Shown here: piece by piece, positions 1 through 11,065 of the stretch
Layout of the letters: each line of letters starts with the position of its first letter
Position numbering within the stretch: position 1 is the first letter of the stretch
NCBI RefSeq assembly: GCF_018977255.1
Contig: NW_024704743.1
Location: forward strand, 4,032,001-4,096,000
Length of the DNA: 64,000 nt
Source: Callorhinchus milii
Taxonomy: Eukaryota
Direction of reading: 5' to 3'
Notes under the pieces: generated by a model
What the model saw: the letters and a program-made list of their open reading frames with translations, nothing else
The model's database searches: none
What the model was told of the DNA's origin: nothing
Program-made: the position numbers and the translations under genes

Positions 1-282
1 TATTCAATTTCCCGCACCAAAAAGAGGCTTTCGGGCCATTTCAGTCCCGGCCGCTGGTTTTCCCCCACATCCCCCCCCCCCCCCCCTCCAGCTCGGTGTC
101 CCACCCAGCAAGTGGCCAAGCGCCTTTGAGATGTTCTTCTGACGGGAAATGTAAATTGTATTGCATTGGCTACGTTTAAAGCCTATTTAATCTGAGCCCC
201 CTACTCAAGTGGATCAGGACTTTGGCAGAACGAGTTTGGCCGACAAGAGCTTGGCCCAGTGAACGCATCGCCACTGGTGGAT

Positions 283-655
283 CACGGGATTTACGGCAGA
301 GCGTGGTAACTGTTGTATTTGTGAATTTGCGTTCGTCTGGGGCTTGCTGGCCAGGACGCAAGGAGAAACTCCTTTTTTCGAACAGTGCCACGAGATCTTT
401 AACGTGAACCTGAACAGCCACAGACAGGACAAAGGGCAAAAGTAACTGCAGATGTTGGGAATCTGGTATAAACACAGATGTCGCTGGGAACAGGCAGCAG
501 GTCAGGCAGCGTCCATGGAGAGAGGAAAATGAGTTAACGTTTTCAAGGTCAGACTGGAGTGTCAGTCCAGAAGCTGAGGCTAAGTCCCAACATGGGGTTG
601 AACCCACAACCTCTTTCCGACTCAAGAGACGAGAGTGCTACCTACTGAGCCAGAC
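283..655 (-). mobile_element. Older tRNA-derived Deu-domain SINE (SacSINE1/AmnSINE1-like), interrupted
   Basis: Head in reverse at 553-655 (ggctcagtaggtagcactctcgtc...gttgtgggttcaacccc) and Deu-type body at 283-420; the middle is occupied by a Penelope-type fragment. Confidence 0.75.
437..552. mobile_element. One arm of a palindromic Penelope-derived non-autonomous element
   Basis: ggaatctggtataaacacagatgtcgctgggaacaggcagcaggtcaggcagcgtccatggagagaggaaaatgagttaacgtttt matches the arms of the 62913-63090 element. Confidence 0.7.
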
Positions 656-1419
656 TGTCGCTTAAGCTTGTCGCTGTCTGGCCATCAAACGTCTCACGCT
701 CAGGAAGACTCCACGAACTTCTCATTCCCCCACTTCCTCGCACCCCCCCCCCCCCACCCACCCACCCCCTAAAAATAAAGGAGGAATAGGGCTAAAATGT
801 CGTGAAAGCATCTAATGAGGGAAAAAAAAACATCCTCAGCACAGAGAGCAATCGTGCCCTGCAACATCAAAGAATATCGCTGGGTCCAGAACGGAGTCTT
901 TGACACCGCGGAGATGATGCTGTGAGATTAAACTACATGTGTCAGTGCCTCCTGTCAGGGAACAGCGGTTGTAGCTCACAAGAGGAAGCAAAGTTCATGA
1001 TTATTCAATGAAGGCGCCCGCGTTCAAACTGCTGCAATGTGAATTATCAGCCGGCAATCTGAATGATTCCCGCAGCCCCCTGACATAAAACAAAATAAGT
1101 GATGTATAATTCCCGCAAGGAATTGTCAGATAAAACCATCGACACTCCAAAGCAGTGTTGAATTTCCAACCGACTTCAGGAGAGCACGTTATTCTTATCC
1201 GTGATGGCCTCGTTTTTCTCCCCTTTATGTCCTCCTCGACAGAACTGCAAGCAGCTTACCGGTTGACCGCGCGACCGGCGAAGGTGGCGATAAAATGCTA
1301 ATTAATAATCATCGCTCGTTCGTTCGATTTAACGGTCTCTCACGCCGGGGAAAGCACGTGGCAGAGCACTTCTCAGCGGATTTCCCGTCGAGTCAAGTGA
1401 CTAGGATTATCGGAGATGA

Positions 1420-1755
1420 AGGCAGCGGCCAATTTGTGTCAGCGATGGTCCCAGAAACAGCCGGGAAGTGAACGACCAATTTTATTTGGGGGGATTGTTG
1501 GCCAGGACACAAGGAGAAGCCCCCTTCTCTTTTTGAGTAATGCCACGGGGGCTTTAACAATCTGTCTCCTTGGATATCTGTTGAACATCTCAACCAAAGG
1601 ATGTCACCTCCGACAATGCAGCAACGACAACAACTTGCATTCATACAGCAAGCCCCACTCCCCCCCCCCCCCACCAATCCCCCCTCCACCCCCACCAGCC
1701 CTCTGAAACTTCTGACTTAGAGGCAAGAGAGTGCTGCCAACCAAGCCAGGCTGAT
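1420..1755 (-). mobile_element. Older Deu-domain SINE, degenerate
   Basis: Reverse head cagcctggcttggttggcagcactctcttgcctctaagtcagaag plus reverse Deu body (ggcattactcaaaaagagaagggg...gtgtcctggccaacaatcccccc). Confidence 0.7.
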
Positions 1756-2029
1756 ACATTTTGTAGGCGAACGGGGCAACCAATTTGCCCGGGTGGGGGG
1801 GGGGGGGTTTGTCCCGCAAATAGCCGTGAGGTGAATAACCAATTTAACTGGCGATTGGCTGATACCGCCAGTCTCGCTGCCAGAAATCTCGTTTCGATCC
1901 CTAACGTGGTGCTTCTCCGATGTCGAGGACATACCAATGGAATGAGGCAGAAGAGGTTAGGCATTATTTTTATTTAGGGCATCACCTTATCGCAGCTCTG
2001 TGCCATGATGTACATAAGATGGAAGAATA

Positions 2030-2320
2030 TTTCCCTCACACACGTCTCTGCTTACCTAGTAGTAGGTAAGAACCCGCTTGTTAGCCGAATGACGGATCGC
2101 TTTCCGGGGGTAATAATCTCTCCAAAATGATAATAACAATAAGGCGGTCACTCAATCCACGACAGTTTGTGGGACATTTCTGTGCGCAATTGGCCGTCGG
2201 GTTTTGCCCACACAGTCACTATACTTTGCAGTGTATCCTGTGAAGCCCTTTGAAACTCTCCATGACTTGATAAGGCACTATAAAGGCAAGGATTATTATT
2301 ATTATTATTATTATTATTAT
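2030..2320 (+). mobile_element. Young tRNA-SINE, long subfamily, 5'-truncated
   Basis: ctctgcttacctagtagtaggtaagaacccg...gtttgtgggacatttctgtgcgcaattggc...gcaaggatt followed by (ATT)n. Confidence 0.85.
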
Positions 2321-2602
2321 AACCTTGTGACTCAGAGGTGAGAGTGCTACTAACTGAGGCAGACTTGACTGACGCACCACTTAGAGAAATTTTCTTTATA
2401 CTGTTTTGCTACTTGGACACGGCTTCCATAAATTCTCGTCGTATCAGGTGTAGGTTTTTGATTTTGTGTCTCCACCTCATGTACCACTTGTAGGATGTAT
2501 GATAGAACCTCAAGGCAGCCAATACGGGACATCTCGACCACTTGATGTTCTTGTCAGACTTTGATATGACAACGAAGACGGCTTAGAACGTGAGTTTCAG
2601 CT

Positions 2603-3160
2603 GTTTCATCACATCCAGGCTCGGCTACGCCAACTCCCTGCCTTGTCGGCCTTCCCAACTCTTCCCTCCACAAGCTGCAGATCATCCAGAACTCTGTAGC
2701 TTGTGTCCTCTCTCTCCCGCACCAGCCTCCGTGAACCCATCAACCCCACCCACGCCCGGCTCCGCTGGCTCCCCATCCCCCAGAGGATAGCGTTCAAAAT
2801 CCTCGTCCTCCCCTTTCAAGGCCCTCCATGGCTTTGCTCCTTCCAACCTCTGCGACCTGCTATCCCCTTATCAACCTGTCCGTTCCCTCCGCTCAGCAGG
2901 CTCTGGCCTGCTCCCTGTGTCCCACCTGACCCGCCCCACCATCGGCGGTCAGGCTTTCAGCCTCCATGCCCCTATCCTTTGGAACTCCATCCCACATTCC
3001 TTTGCCTTCCTTGCCTCCTTCAAGGCTCTTCTTCAAGGCCTTTGGCCACGCTCCTACCCCCCATGCCTCCCCCACCCAGCTTGGGTCCAAATCCCTGACT
3101 ATCCAGCGCCTTGGGACGTCCTCCTGACGTGAAAGGCGCTGTACACATACAATTTTGTAT
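2603..3160 (+). mobile_element. L2 LINE 3' fragment (subfamily A tail)
   Basis: Degenerate L2 ORF2 C-terminus (FITSRLGYANSL, RLRWLPIPQRIAFKILVL, IGGQAFSLHAPILWNSIP), then 3' end ccagcgccttgggacgtcctcctgacgtgaaaggcgctgtac. Confidence 0.9.
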
Positions 3161-3324
3161 TCTTCCTGAAAGGCGGCAGGATACGGGTATGATACGCAGT
3201 GTCTGCAAGTGTCTAATTCATTCTGGATCTGTGTTGATCCCCAGCAAATGTCTGCATTCTCCTATTATTGTATCTGATCAGTTTTAGGGAGCGATGTACC
3301 CAAGGACCACCTGCATCAGCAATT

Positions 3325-3460
3325 TTCTTTGCTCAGCCGGTGTGTCTGACGCATACGGAAACCCACCCCCCGTGCCTTAAGAGTATCCAAACCACACTGA
3401 GAATTCCACGCATCCCAACCGACACACGGAAATTCCCGCGTATTGGAATTGGAATGCCCA
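3325..3460 (-). repeat. Unclassified ~150 bp dispersed repeat
   Basis: Reverse complement matches 21160-21300 and 21505-21640 (ggaattctcag...ctcttaag...gggtttccg.tgtgtcagacac.cggctg). Confidence 0.7.
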
Positions 3461-4107
3461 ATTGGGTTGATTTCTCGTCATGACAGAGAACGTCATCGAT
3501 TTTTTTTCACAAGGAATAGTAATAATTATAATCCCTTGATGCGATACAGCTCCTATCATGTCAGGAGGGCATCTCAAAGCGCTTTGGGGATTATACTAGG
3601 GAGTATTTGCGGGAGAATGCGGCTGTCGTATCGCACAATGTCATCCCAATGTGAAAGGTGCTATGTAAATGCAATTGGCTGTTGTTATAGGCGAATTCTA
3701 GGAGTAATCCTACAGTGAGCTGTTACTAAGCATTTTATGCGGTCCTATTTATGGCCTTATGGGTGCAGACGAGTGTTTAAGACAGTGACAATGCGAGGAA
3801 GTGCATATCCTGAAGGATAACATGTTTAGAGCTCGGAAGGAACAAGAGGCCAAATACAACGGTCATGGATGAAGCAGATAGACGTACGAGGGTCAGAGAC
3901 TGAGAGGTTGGAAACCAGAAGTCCTTCTTGTTGCATTAAATATTTATTGCTTGAAAGGCAGGATGCTGGACTCATTTTACATCAACTCGATGCTGTAAAG
4001 GGCAGACAGAAGGGTGGGTATTCTGTAAGGATAGAATCAGATGTTCCCTTCTAATCCATAAGGCCGCAAGACCGGTTTGGATGGAGAAGGCCCTTCTCAT
4101 CCTTCCA

Positions 4108-4385
4108 GAACACCTCTGTTTACCCAGCAGTAAGTCGGAACCTGGTTGTTAGTCGATTCGCGGATCGCTTTTCTGGGGTTAATAACTCCTCCAAAAAATA
4201 ATAATACATCGGTCATTTCAATACACGACTGGTTGTGGGACTGTGCGCAATTGGCTGCCGGGTTTCCCCCACAAAATGTACAGTCATTTCACTTTACAGC
4301 ATATTCTGTGAAGTGCTTCGAGACGTCTCAAAGACGTGATAAGCCGCTTTATCAAACGCAAGGACTATTATTGTTATTTATTATT
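4108..4385 (+). mobile_element. Young tRNA-SINE, long subfamily, 5'-truncated
   Basis: cacctctgtttacccagcagtaagtcggaacctggttgttagtcgattcgcggatcgc through to the L2-like tail. Confidence 0.85.
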
Positions 4386-4707
4386 TTACATCTCAACCCA
4401 CTCTTCCTGGCAACCTGTTCCCGTTGTTCATTGCCCTCTCGGTAAATAAATAAGTTTTACTGTCTTTCATTGCTCTCCTAACGGTTCTGTGACACCACCT
4501 TTAAAAGGTAATGTGCGCTGAGCTTCATCATTATTCACCGCTGCAAGAAAGAAAATAAATTGAAATTTTAATAATGTAGACTTTTTAGTCATATAGAAAT
4601 GTTATCTTATGGCTTCATGATTTCACCAGTCACATTAAGCATTAACCTGCACCAGTCAGCTAACAGATTGAACAGTTTTTGTTAATAATTGTAGGGCTCA
4701 GTTGGCT

Positions 4708-4806
4708 ATTTTATTTTATTTTATTTTATTTTATTTTATTTTATTTTATTTTATTTTATTTTATTTTATTTTATTTTATTTTATTTTATTTTATTTTATT
4801 TTATTT
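4708..4806. repeat. (ATTTT)n microsatellite
   Basis: About 19 perfect pentamer units. Confidence 0.97.
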
Positions 4807-4928
4807 AAAGCGATGGGAAGCTTTGCCATTCAGAGATGAGCTTCATTGAGCACCTATTTCTGTGTGGCAGCAGCCTGTACGCTGACCCTGGGTCTTGGTG
4901 TGAGGGGAGCCTGTGGACAGAATTGTTT

Positions 4929-5517
4929 AATAATAATATAATAACAATAATAATAATCCTTGCATTTGATATAGCACCTGATCACCCTCCCCTCCATCCT
5001 CCCCGATCCCCAGCTCAGGTACAAAACACTGACTGTCCAGCGCCTTGGGACATCTTCCCGACGTGAAAGGCGCTGTACAAATATAATTTTGCTGTTGCGG
5101 TTATCATGTTGTTGAGACGTCTCAAAGCGCTTCACAGAATAGACTGTAAAGTGAATCGACTGTATATCTTGTGGGCAAAACGCAGCAGCAGCGTCCCCAC
5201 AAACAGTCATGGATTGAAGTGACCAAATGATTGTAATTTTTTCTTTTTGGAGGGGTTATTACCGCCGGAAAGCGATCCACCTATCGAAAAAGAACCAAGT
5301 TCCTACTTACTGCTCGGTAAATACAGGCGTGTGAAGTAAGGAAACTTGCCTGACGTTTCACTCTGCCCGGAAATCGAACCCAAGTCCTCTCGCTTTTCAA
5401 AGACCGACACAGACACGATGGGCCGAATGGCCTCCTCCTGTGCTGCATAATTCTACGGTCCTACGGTTGTATGGCTTGCGAGACGAGTGCTCCAACCAAT
5501 ACACTACAGGACTCCAC
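4929..5517 (-). mobile_element. Full young SINE carrying nested L2 (4985-5100) and CR1-tail (~5397-5475) insertions
   Basis: SINE tail, body and tRNA head are collinear once the two inserts are removed; the L2 3' end and the CR1 tail motif (gatgggccgaatggcctcctcctgtgctg) are both recognisable. Confidence 0.85.
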
Positions 5518-6189
5518 ATTCATGACTGTTTGGGGACAATTACGGATGTGGAAATTGGCTGACGCTTTTTTTTTGGCCTACGCTACAAGACTTCGTAATA
5601 ACACCTTGCGCATCAGGAGGGCGTCCCAAAGTGCTTCACAGGATACGCTGTAAAACGCAGTGACTGTGTATTTTGATAGACAACGCGGGGGCCGATTTGC
5701 GCACAGCAACGACCCACAGACAGCCATGGAGTGAGTGATCGATTTTATCTGGCCAGGACACCAGGAGAAATTCCTTTCTTTCTTCGAGTTGGACCGCGAG
5801 AACTCTTAACGTCCGTCTTGAACGGGTAAATTGGTTTTGGTAGGGATGGTTTGGACTGAACCCCCACGCTGATATGCTCGCGGGCAAGTCCGTAGTTCGC
5901 GACGGATGTGCACAGTCCGTAAGCTTTTGTTCCCGGACGAGCATTTAGTGGAGTTCCAGCTTCTGCTCAACAGCAATCCTTTTTTGCAGTTTGCATAATC
6001 ATTGCTGTCTGGTGGGGGCGGCGGGCGGGGGAGTGGGGGGGGGGGGGGTTGGTCATGTAATATAGATATTGTAAACCAGGAGCTAAGTCAGTCTTCTCCC
6101 AGGTCTGGCTGCACACCAGGACAAATCCGGGTTGAAATCCAGCCTTGGAAATCACGGCCCATAGACCTTCCCCTCGCTTGTCCAAGCTC

Positions 6190-6577
6190 ATGCAGGGTAG
6201 CGTCTCTGAGCGCTGCGCAGGGTTTCGCCGTGACGTGCAGTGACCGCAATTGGCGGGCAGCCAAGGCAGTCGTTTCGCGCACCGCCCGATTGAAGAGGAA
6301 GACCGACAGGTGTGATCCACGTGTTGGGCTCGGCGTTACTCGCACGGCTCCGGTTTTCGCACTTCTGCCTTGGTTTCGGATTTAACCCATCGTGTCGCAA
6401 TTTTCAGAGCTTTTCCAGCCCACGTAGCCTGTGTGCTGGACTCCTCGCATCCCACGCAAGATACCTCCCACGCAAAATATCTCGCAAACTGCAGCGCATT
6501 GCTGTTGAGACTCTTATTCTCTTCGAACGCTTCGCCCCAACGCCCTTCCCGCACATCTTGACATCAAGCTGGTGAGT
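6190..6577 (+). promoter_or_regulatory. Candidate CpG-rich promoter and first exon ending at a consensus 5' splice site
   Basis: TGCGCA 6214, TGACGT 6231, ATTGG 6249, TTGGCGGG 6250, TTTCGCGC 6273; donor CTG|GTGAGT at 6571/6572; non-repetitive sequence. Confidence 0.4.
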
Positions 6578-6771
6578 CTACCTACCACCTGATTCATTCC
6601 TTTAAGACTAAACACCATCTAAAAAACTGAGATAGCGAAAAGGGGTAATTATGTAAATCTTTCCTTGTAAAGTTGACAGGTTTATATAACTGGCAATATA
6701 ACGCCGATACCATTAAAAAGGTTAAATAGTAATAATCCTTGCATTTGATATGGCGCCTTATCGTCTTTTGT

Positions 6772-7940
6772 TCACCTGGGACCAGGGCTCCCTCTGTCTC
6801 CTTGTCCTCCTTGACCTCTCTGTTGCCTTCGACACTGTCGACCATTTCTATCCTCCTCTGCTGCCTCTCCTCTCTGCACCATCTTCACTGCTCCGTCCTT
6901 GCCTGGTTCAAATCTCACTCTTGGCACGGTCCCCACCTTGTCTCCACAAATGGTTTCTCCTCCAGCCACCGTCTCCTGCGGCGTTCCTCAGGGCTCAGTC
7001 CTTGGTCCTCTCCTCTTCAACATCTACATGCTCCCTCTTGGTGGCATCATTCGCAGACATGGGGTCAACTTCCACATGTCTGGGGATGACACCCAACTCT
7101 ACCTCTCTGCCTCCACCCTTGACTACAGGACCACTGCTGTGCTGACAAAATGTCTGTCAGACATCAAGTCCTGGATAACTTTCTCCAGTTGAACATCAAC
7201 AAGACCGAGGCTCTCCTGATTGACTCCCATCAGTGTCCCCACCCCTCAGACACTGCAACATCACCATCCATGGTTGCACACTCCACCTCACTGAGCCTGT
7301 CCAGACCCTTGGCATCTTTTTGACCCTCAACTGTCTTTTCTACCCCACGTCCCTGCCATGACCCACTCTGCCTTCACCCACCTCCACAACATCGCCCAGC
7401 TCCACCGCTGCCTCTCCCCTCAGGCCCCTCATCCAGGCATTCAGAACATCTAGGCTCGACTATGCTAACTCCCTGCTTGTCGGCCTTTCCAACTCTTCCC
7501 TCCACAAGCTGCAGATCATCCAGAACTCTGCAGTTCGTGTCCTCTCTCTCCCGCACCAGGCTCAGTGACCCCCCATTACCCCCTCCCTCGCCCGGCTCCA
7601 CTGGCTCTCCATCCCTCAAAGGATAGAATTCAAAATCCTCATCGTCGCCTTCAAAGCCCTCCACGGCCTTCCTCCTCATTAATCTGTGATCTGCTAATTT
7701 TATACTGACCTGTTCCCTCCCTTCGCTCAGCAGGCTCTGGCCTGCTCCACATCCCCCGCCCGGCCCGCCCCACCATCGGCAGTTGGGCCTTCCTCCTCTC
7801 TGCCCCATCCTTTGGAACTCCATCCCACCGTTCCCTTTGCCTCGCTCCCTCCCTTGCCTCCTTCAAGGCATGTCTCAAGACCCTCCTCTTTGACTGCACC
7901 TTCAGTCACACCTCTACCCGCCCCGCCCTCTCTGTTTGTG
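6772..7940 (+). mobile_element. L2 LINE fragment (RT domain to 3' region), frameshifted
   Basis: [68 protein letters not shown] (YADD-type motif), then the C-terminal region. Confidence 0.93.
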
Positions 7941-8044
7941 CTCAACCCAAGCCTTGATGTCTGGCAAGCAAGCTGACAGAACATCAGCGGACCTGGAGTC
8001 ACAGCTGGAGGAGAAGTAGATTTTCCACGTACGTGTGGCAATTT

Positions 8045-8375
8045 ACCCCGTGTCTGCGGATGACATCGCTGAGAGGGAGCATTTAAATGAGGAAAGGAAG
8101 AGTGCCAAGGATGAGCCTTGGAGGACGCTGCAGGTGAGCCAGTGTAGGTGGGAGGAAAAACTACTAGCGGAGATAAAGTGATGGCGGTTGGTTAAGTAGG
8201 ATTTGAGCCCGGCGAGTGAGCTGGATGAGGGGAGAGAGCTGCTGGTAGAGGATAACCTGATCGACTGTGTCAAATACAGCCGAGAGGTCCAGGAGATAGA
8301 GGGAGCCTGGGGGTAGAATGAATTTGATTGGAAAACAACACGTTCCAGAACTCTAGCAAGAAAAGGCAAGTTAGA
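8045..8375 (-). mobile_element. L2 LINE RT fragment, degenerate
   Basis: LPFLARVLERVV, LKSYLTNRHHFIS and CSVLQGS motifs on the minus strand. Confidence 0.8.
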
Positions 8376-8532
8376 AATGGGCGAGACAGCTGGACTGTGA
8401 GTTCAATGTCCCGACGTGGAGCTTGAGCCCACAACCATCTGACTCAGAGGTGAGAGTGCTACCAACTGAGCCAGGCAATACCTTACTGAGACAAAAGGCT
8501 CCAGCCCGAGGCCACTTACTAATGCCTCTGAG

Positions 8533-8859
8533 TGTGGAGTCCTGTAGCTCAGTGGTTAGAGCACTCGCTTTGCAAGTGAGAGACCTGAGTTCAATTCCAG
8601 GCAGAGGGCGAAACCTTGGGCAAGTTTCCTTACTCCACACAGAGCCTAATAATAATCCCTCCAAAAAGCAAAACAATAATAAATTGGTCATTTTCAATCT
8701 ACGACTGTTTGTGGGACATTGCTGTGCGCAATTGGCTGCCGCATTCGCCCACAAATATACAGTCAATTCACTTTACAGTTATTCTGTGAAGCGCTTTGGG
8801 ACGTCCTTCCGACGTGAAAAGCGCTATATCAAATGCAAGGATTATTATTATTATTATTA
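8533..8859 (+). mobile_element. Full young tRNA-SINE, short subfamily
   Basis: Head gtggagtcctgtagctcagtggttagagcactcgc; lacks the ~65 bp ctgtttacctagcag block; tail gggacgtccttccgacgtgaaaagcgc, then (ATT)n. Confidence 0.92.
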
Positions 8860-8870
8860 GTAAGATAGCT

Positions 8871-9092
8871 TATAATAATAATAATAATAATAATCCTTGC
8901 ATTTAATATAGCGCTTTTCACGTCTCAAAGCGCTTCACAGAATACACTGTGAAGTGAATTGACTGTATATTTGTGGGCGAAACACGGCAGCCAATGGCGC
9001 ACAGCAGCGTCCCCACAAACAGCCGTGGATTGAAGTGACCAATTTATTATTGCTTTTTTTCTTGAGGGATTATTATCAGGCGTGTGGAGTAA
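8871..9092 (-). mobile_element. Young tRNA-SINE, short subfamily, 5'-truncated, tail-to-tail with the previous copy
   Basis: (AAT)n ccttgcatttaatatagcgcttttcacg...ttatcaggcgtgtggagtaa. Confidence 0.9.
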
Positions 9093-9384
9093 TAGACCTC
9101 TCCCTGCAGAGAGATGACTTTGCTCTGCTTGTCAACGCACACCAATATTGTGTTTGTAAAGAGCAGCTGTTGACTCAGAGTGTCTTAAATTGAGACAAAT
9201 TCAGTAAATTAATTTCAAACTGATCAAGTTTGGGTCACTTCAGGTTAGACATTAAGTTTGACGTCTGTTAGGAGTTAACTGGAATCTTTGACAGACATGA
9301 GAGAACATCACAGCGCCTCTGTAGATTGGGCTGAACAGGGAACGACAAGTAAAGAAATAAAAATCACAATAAATATTTTCTCAG

Positions 9385-9710
9385 GCGTGACAATGTCCTC
9401 TTTTAGATGAGACGTTAAACTGAGGTCCCATCTGTCTGTTCAGGTAGATGTTAAGAACGCTGCAGCACTATTCGAAAAGAGAAGGGAGTTTCTCCCTATG
9501 TTCTGGCCAAACATCCCTTAGATAAATTGGTCATTCACTTCAAGGCTGTTTGTGGGACTTTGTTGTGCCCAAATTGGCTGCTGTGGTCACTTACAAAATG
9601 CACATCAATACAGAAAATCCTGGGAAGTGCCTTGTGATGTCCACCCGATGCGATAAAGTGCTGTGTCAAATGCAAGGATTATTACTTTCATTGGTATTAT
9701 TATTATTATA
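9385..9710 (+). mobile_element. Older Deu-domain SINE body and tail
   Basis: gatgagacgttaaactgaggtcccatctgtctgttcaggtagatgttaag...ctgtttgtgggactttgttgtgcccaaattggctgc. Confidence 0.85.
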
Positions 9711-10009
9711 CGATTGACTACACCGCTCTTCTCACCATTGTAGTTTTAGGCTCAAGTTCTGCCAAAGGACCGGGACTTTAAAGCTTCTAACTAAGTTCAG
9801 TGGGTTTTGACGATACTCAACTCAACCACTTTTGGTACAGTCCTGTGGGGGATTAAGTGATGATCCATCTGTCTCGTGTCATTGAAAGAACACTCCTTCA
9901 GGCCACACTGTTACAGTGCACGCACGTTGTAAAGAGAAGGAAAGCCTTGCGATCTTGTTTCCAAGGGTCTTACTCAGATTTATATTCATTTTAGTCTGGT
10001 GTCAACACC

Positions 10010-10263
10010 CATCCCCTGGTTCCGGCCTTCCACATGTTCCCCTGTGCCCTCCGTTCCACCATTGGTGGCCGCTCTTTCAGCCACTACCCCCCCCGAAACT
10101 CTGGAACACTCTCCCTCTATCCCTCCGCCTCACCCTTTCCTGCCCCATCTTCAGGTCGCGCAGGAAGAACTTCCTATTCGACGGTGTCCACGGTCACCTC
10201 TCCCTGGCTCGGAGTCGTGCTCTGCGTGACGGGCACTATATAACTGCAAGTTGTTGTTGTTGT
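10010..10263 (+). mobile_element. L2 LINE 3' end (subfamily B tail)
   Basis: STIGGRSFSHY, PKLWNTLPLSLRL; ggctcggagtc tail ending gcaagttgttgttg. Confidence 0.85.
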
Positions 10264-10861
10264 TATATGTTTTCACAATGCCTTTTCCTGCTCACACAAT
10301 GCGGACAAGCCAGAGTCATTCAAGCGATTGATGAATTTGGGGGAAAAGCAAAAATCACAATTCCAGGCACGAGCCCGTCCTAGAACCATAAGAATTTACA
10401 GCCTATTCGGCCCATCGCATCTGTGCTGGGTCTTTCAGGTCCATTGACCTGCACACATATATATATATATATACCTGTAGTTTACTCCTTTTTATAGAAC
10501 TGAAGAGAACAGCGCAGTCCTGTAGCTCAGTGGTTGGAGCACTCGCCTCCAACTGTCCCCGAGCCAAAGGTGGAAAATGGTCCAATTTCCCGACGCTATT
10601 ATCCTTTCCCCAGGGGAGTGGACATAAACTCTAAAGGATATCAGCTGTTGATGGAGATGTGCTGGAATTCATGATATAGACACCTTCTTTGTCCAGGCAT
10701 CCAAAAGGAGCAGGAGTATACATGACCGTGGATTCATGACCGTTTTCCTCCCTTCCTCCTCCTTCCCCTCCATTCCTCCCTTCTCCCTCTTTCTTCTGTC
10801 AGGGACCGTCTCAAAACGTATCCCTTTGACTGGGCTTTCGGTCATCTTTCCCCCGCTCAAT

Positions 10862-11065
10862 TGTGTGGAGTAAGGAAACTTCCCTGCCCGAGAATCAAAC
10901 TCGGGTCCCCTCGCTTGAGAGGCGAGTGCTCTAACCAATAAGCCACAGGACTGACCCCACAACAGCAACAAAAAAAAAGTGGATTGACTGTGTATTTTGC
11001 GGGCGAAACGCAGCAGCTGATTGTGCACAGCGGTGTCCCGCAAACAGTCGTGGATTTTTTTAAAA
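10862..11065 (-). mobile_element. Young SINE fragments (head 10862-10952; body ~10978-11065)
   Basis: Reverse tRNA head followed by a separate reverse body fragment. Confidence 0.75.

Noticed and set aside
845..930. Protein-like frame IVPCNIKEYRWVQNGVFDTAEMML ending at CT|GTGAGA
   Set aside because: A-rich upstream with no polypyrimidine tract, no recognisable homology and no linked exons.
1222..1290. Strong plus-strand acceptor (tttttctcccctttatgtcctcctcgacag) and a minus-strand GTAAGC donor
   Set aside because: No convincing partner splice site or recognisable peptide.
6739..7899. Long ORFs such as 6750-7145, 32753-33274, 38517-38984 and 47137-47748 as host genes
   Set aside because: All are sense or antisense frames of decayed L2 ORF2 fragments.
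8423..8860. Recurrent peptides such as [29 protein letters not shown] in many ORFs, suggesting a gene family
   Set aside because: They are translations of the SINE consensus.
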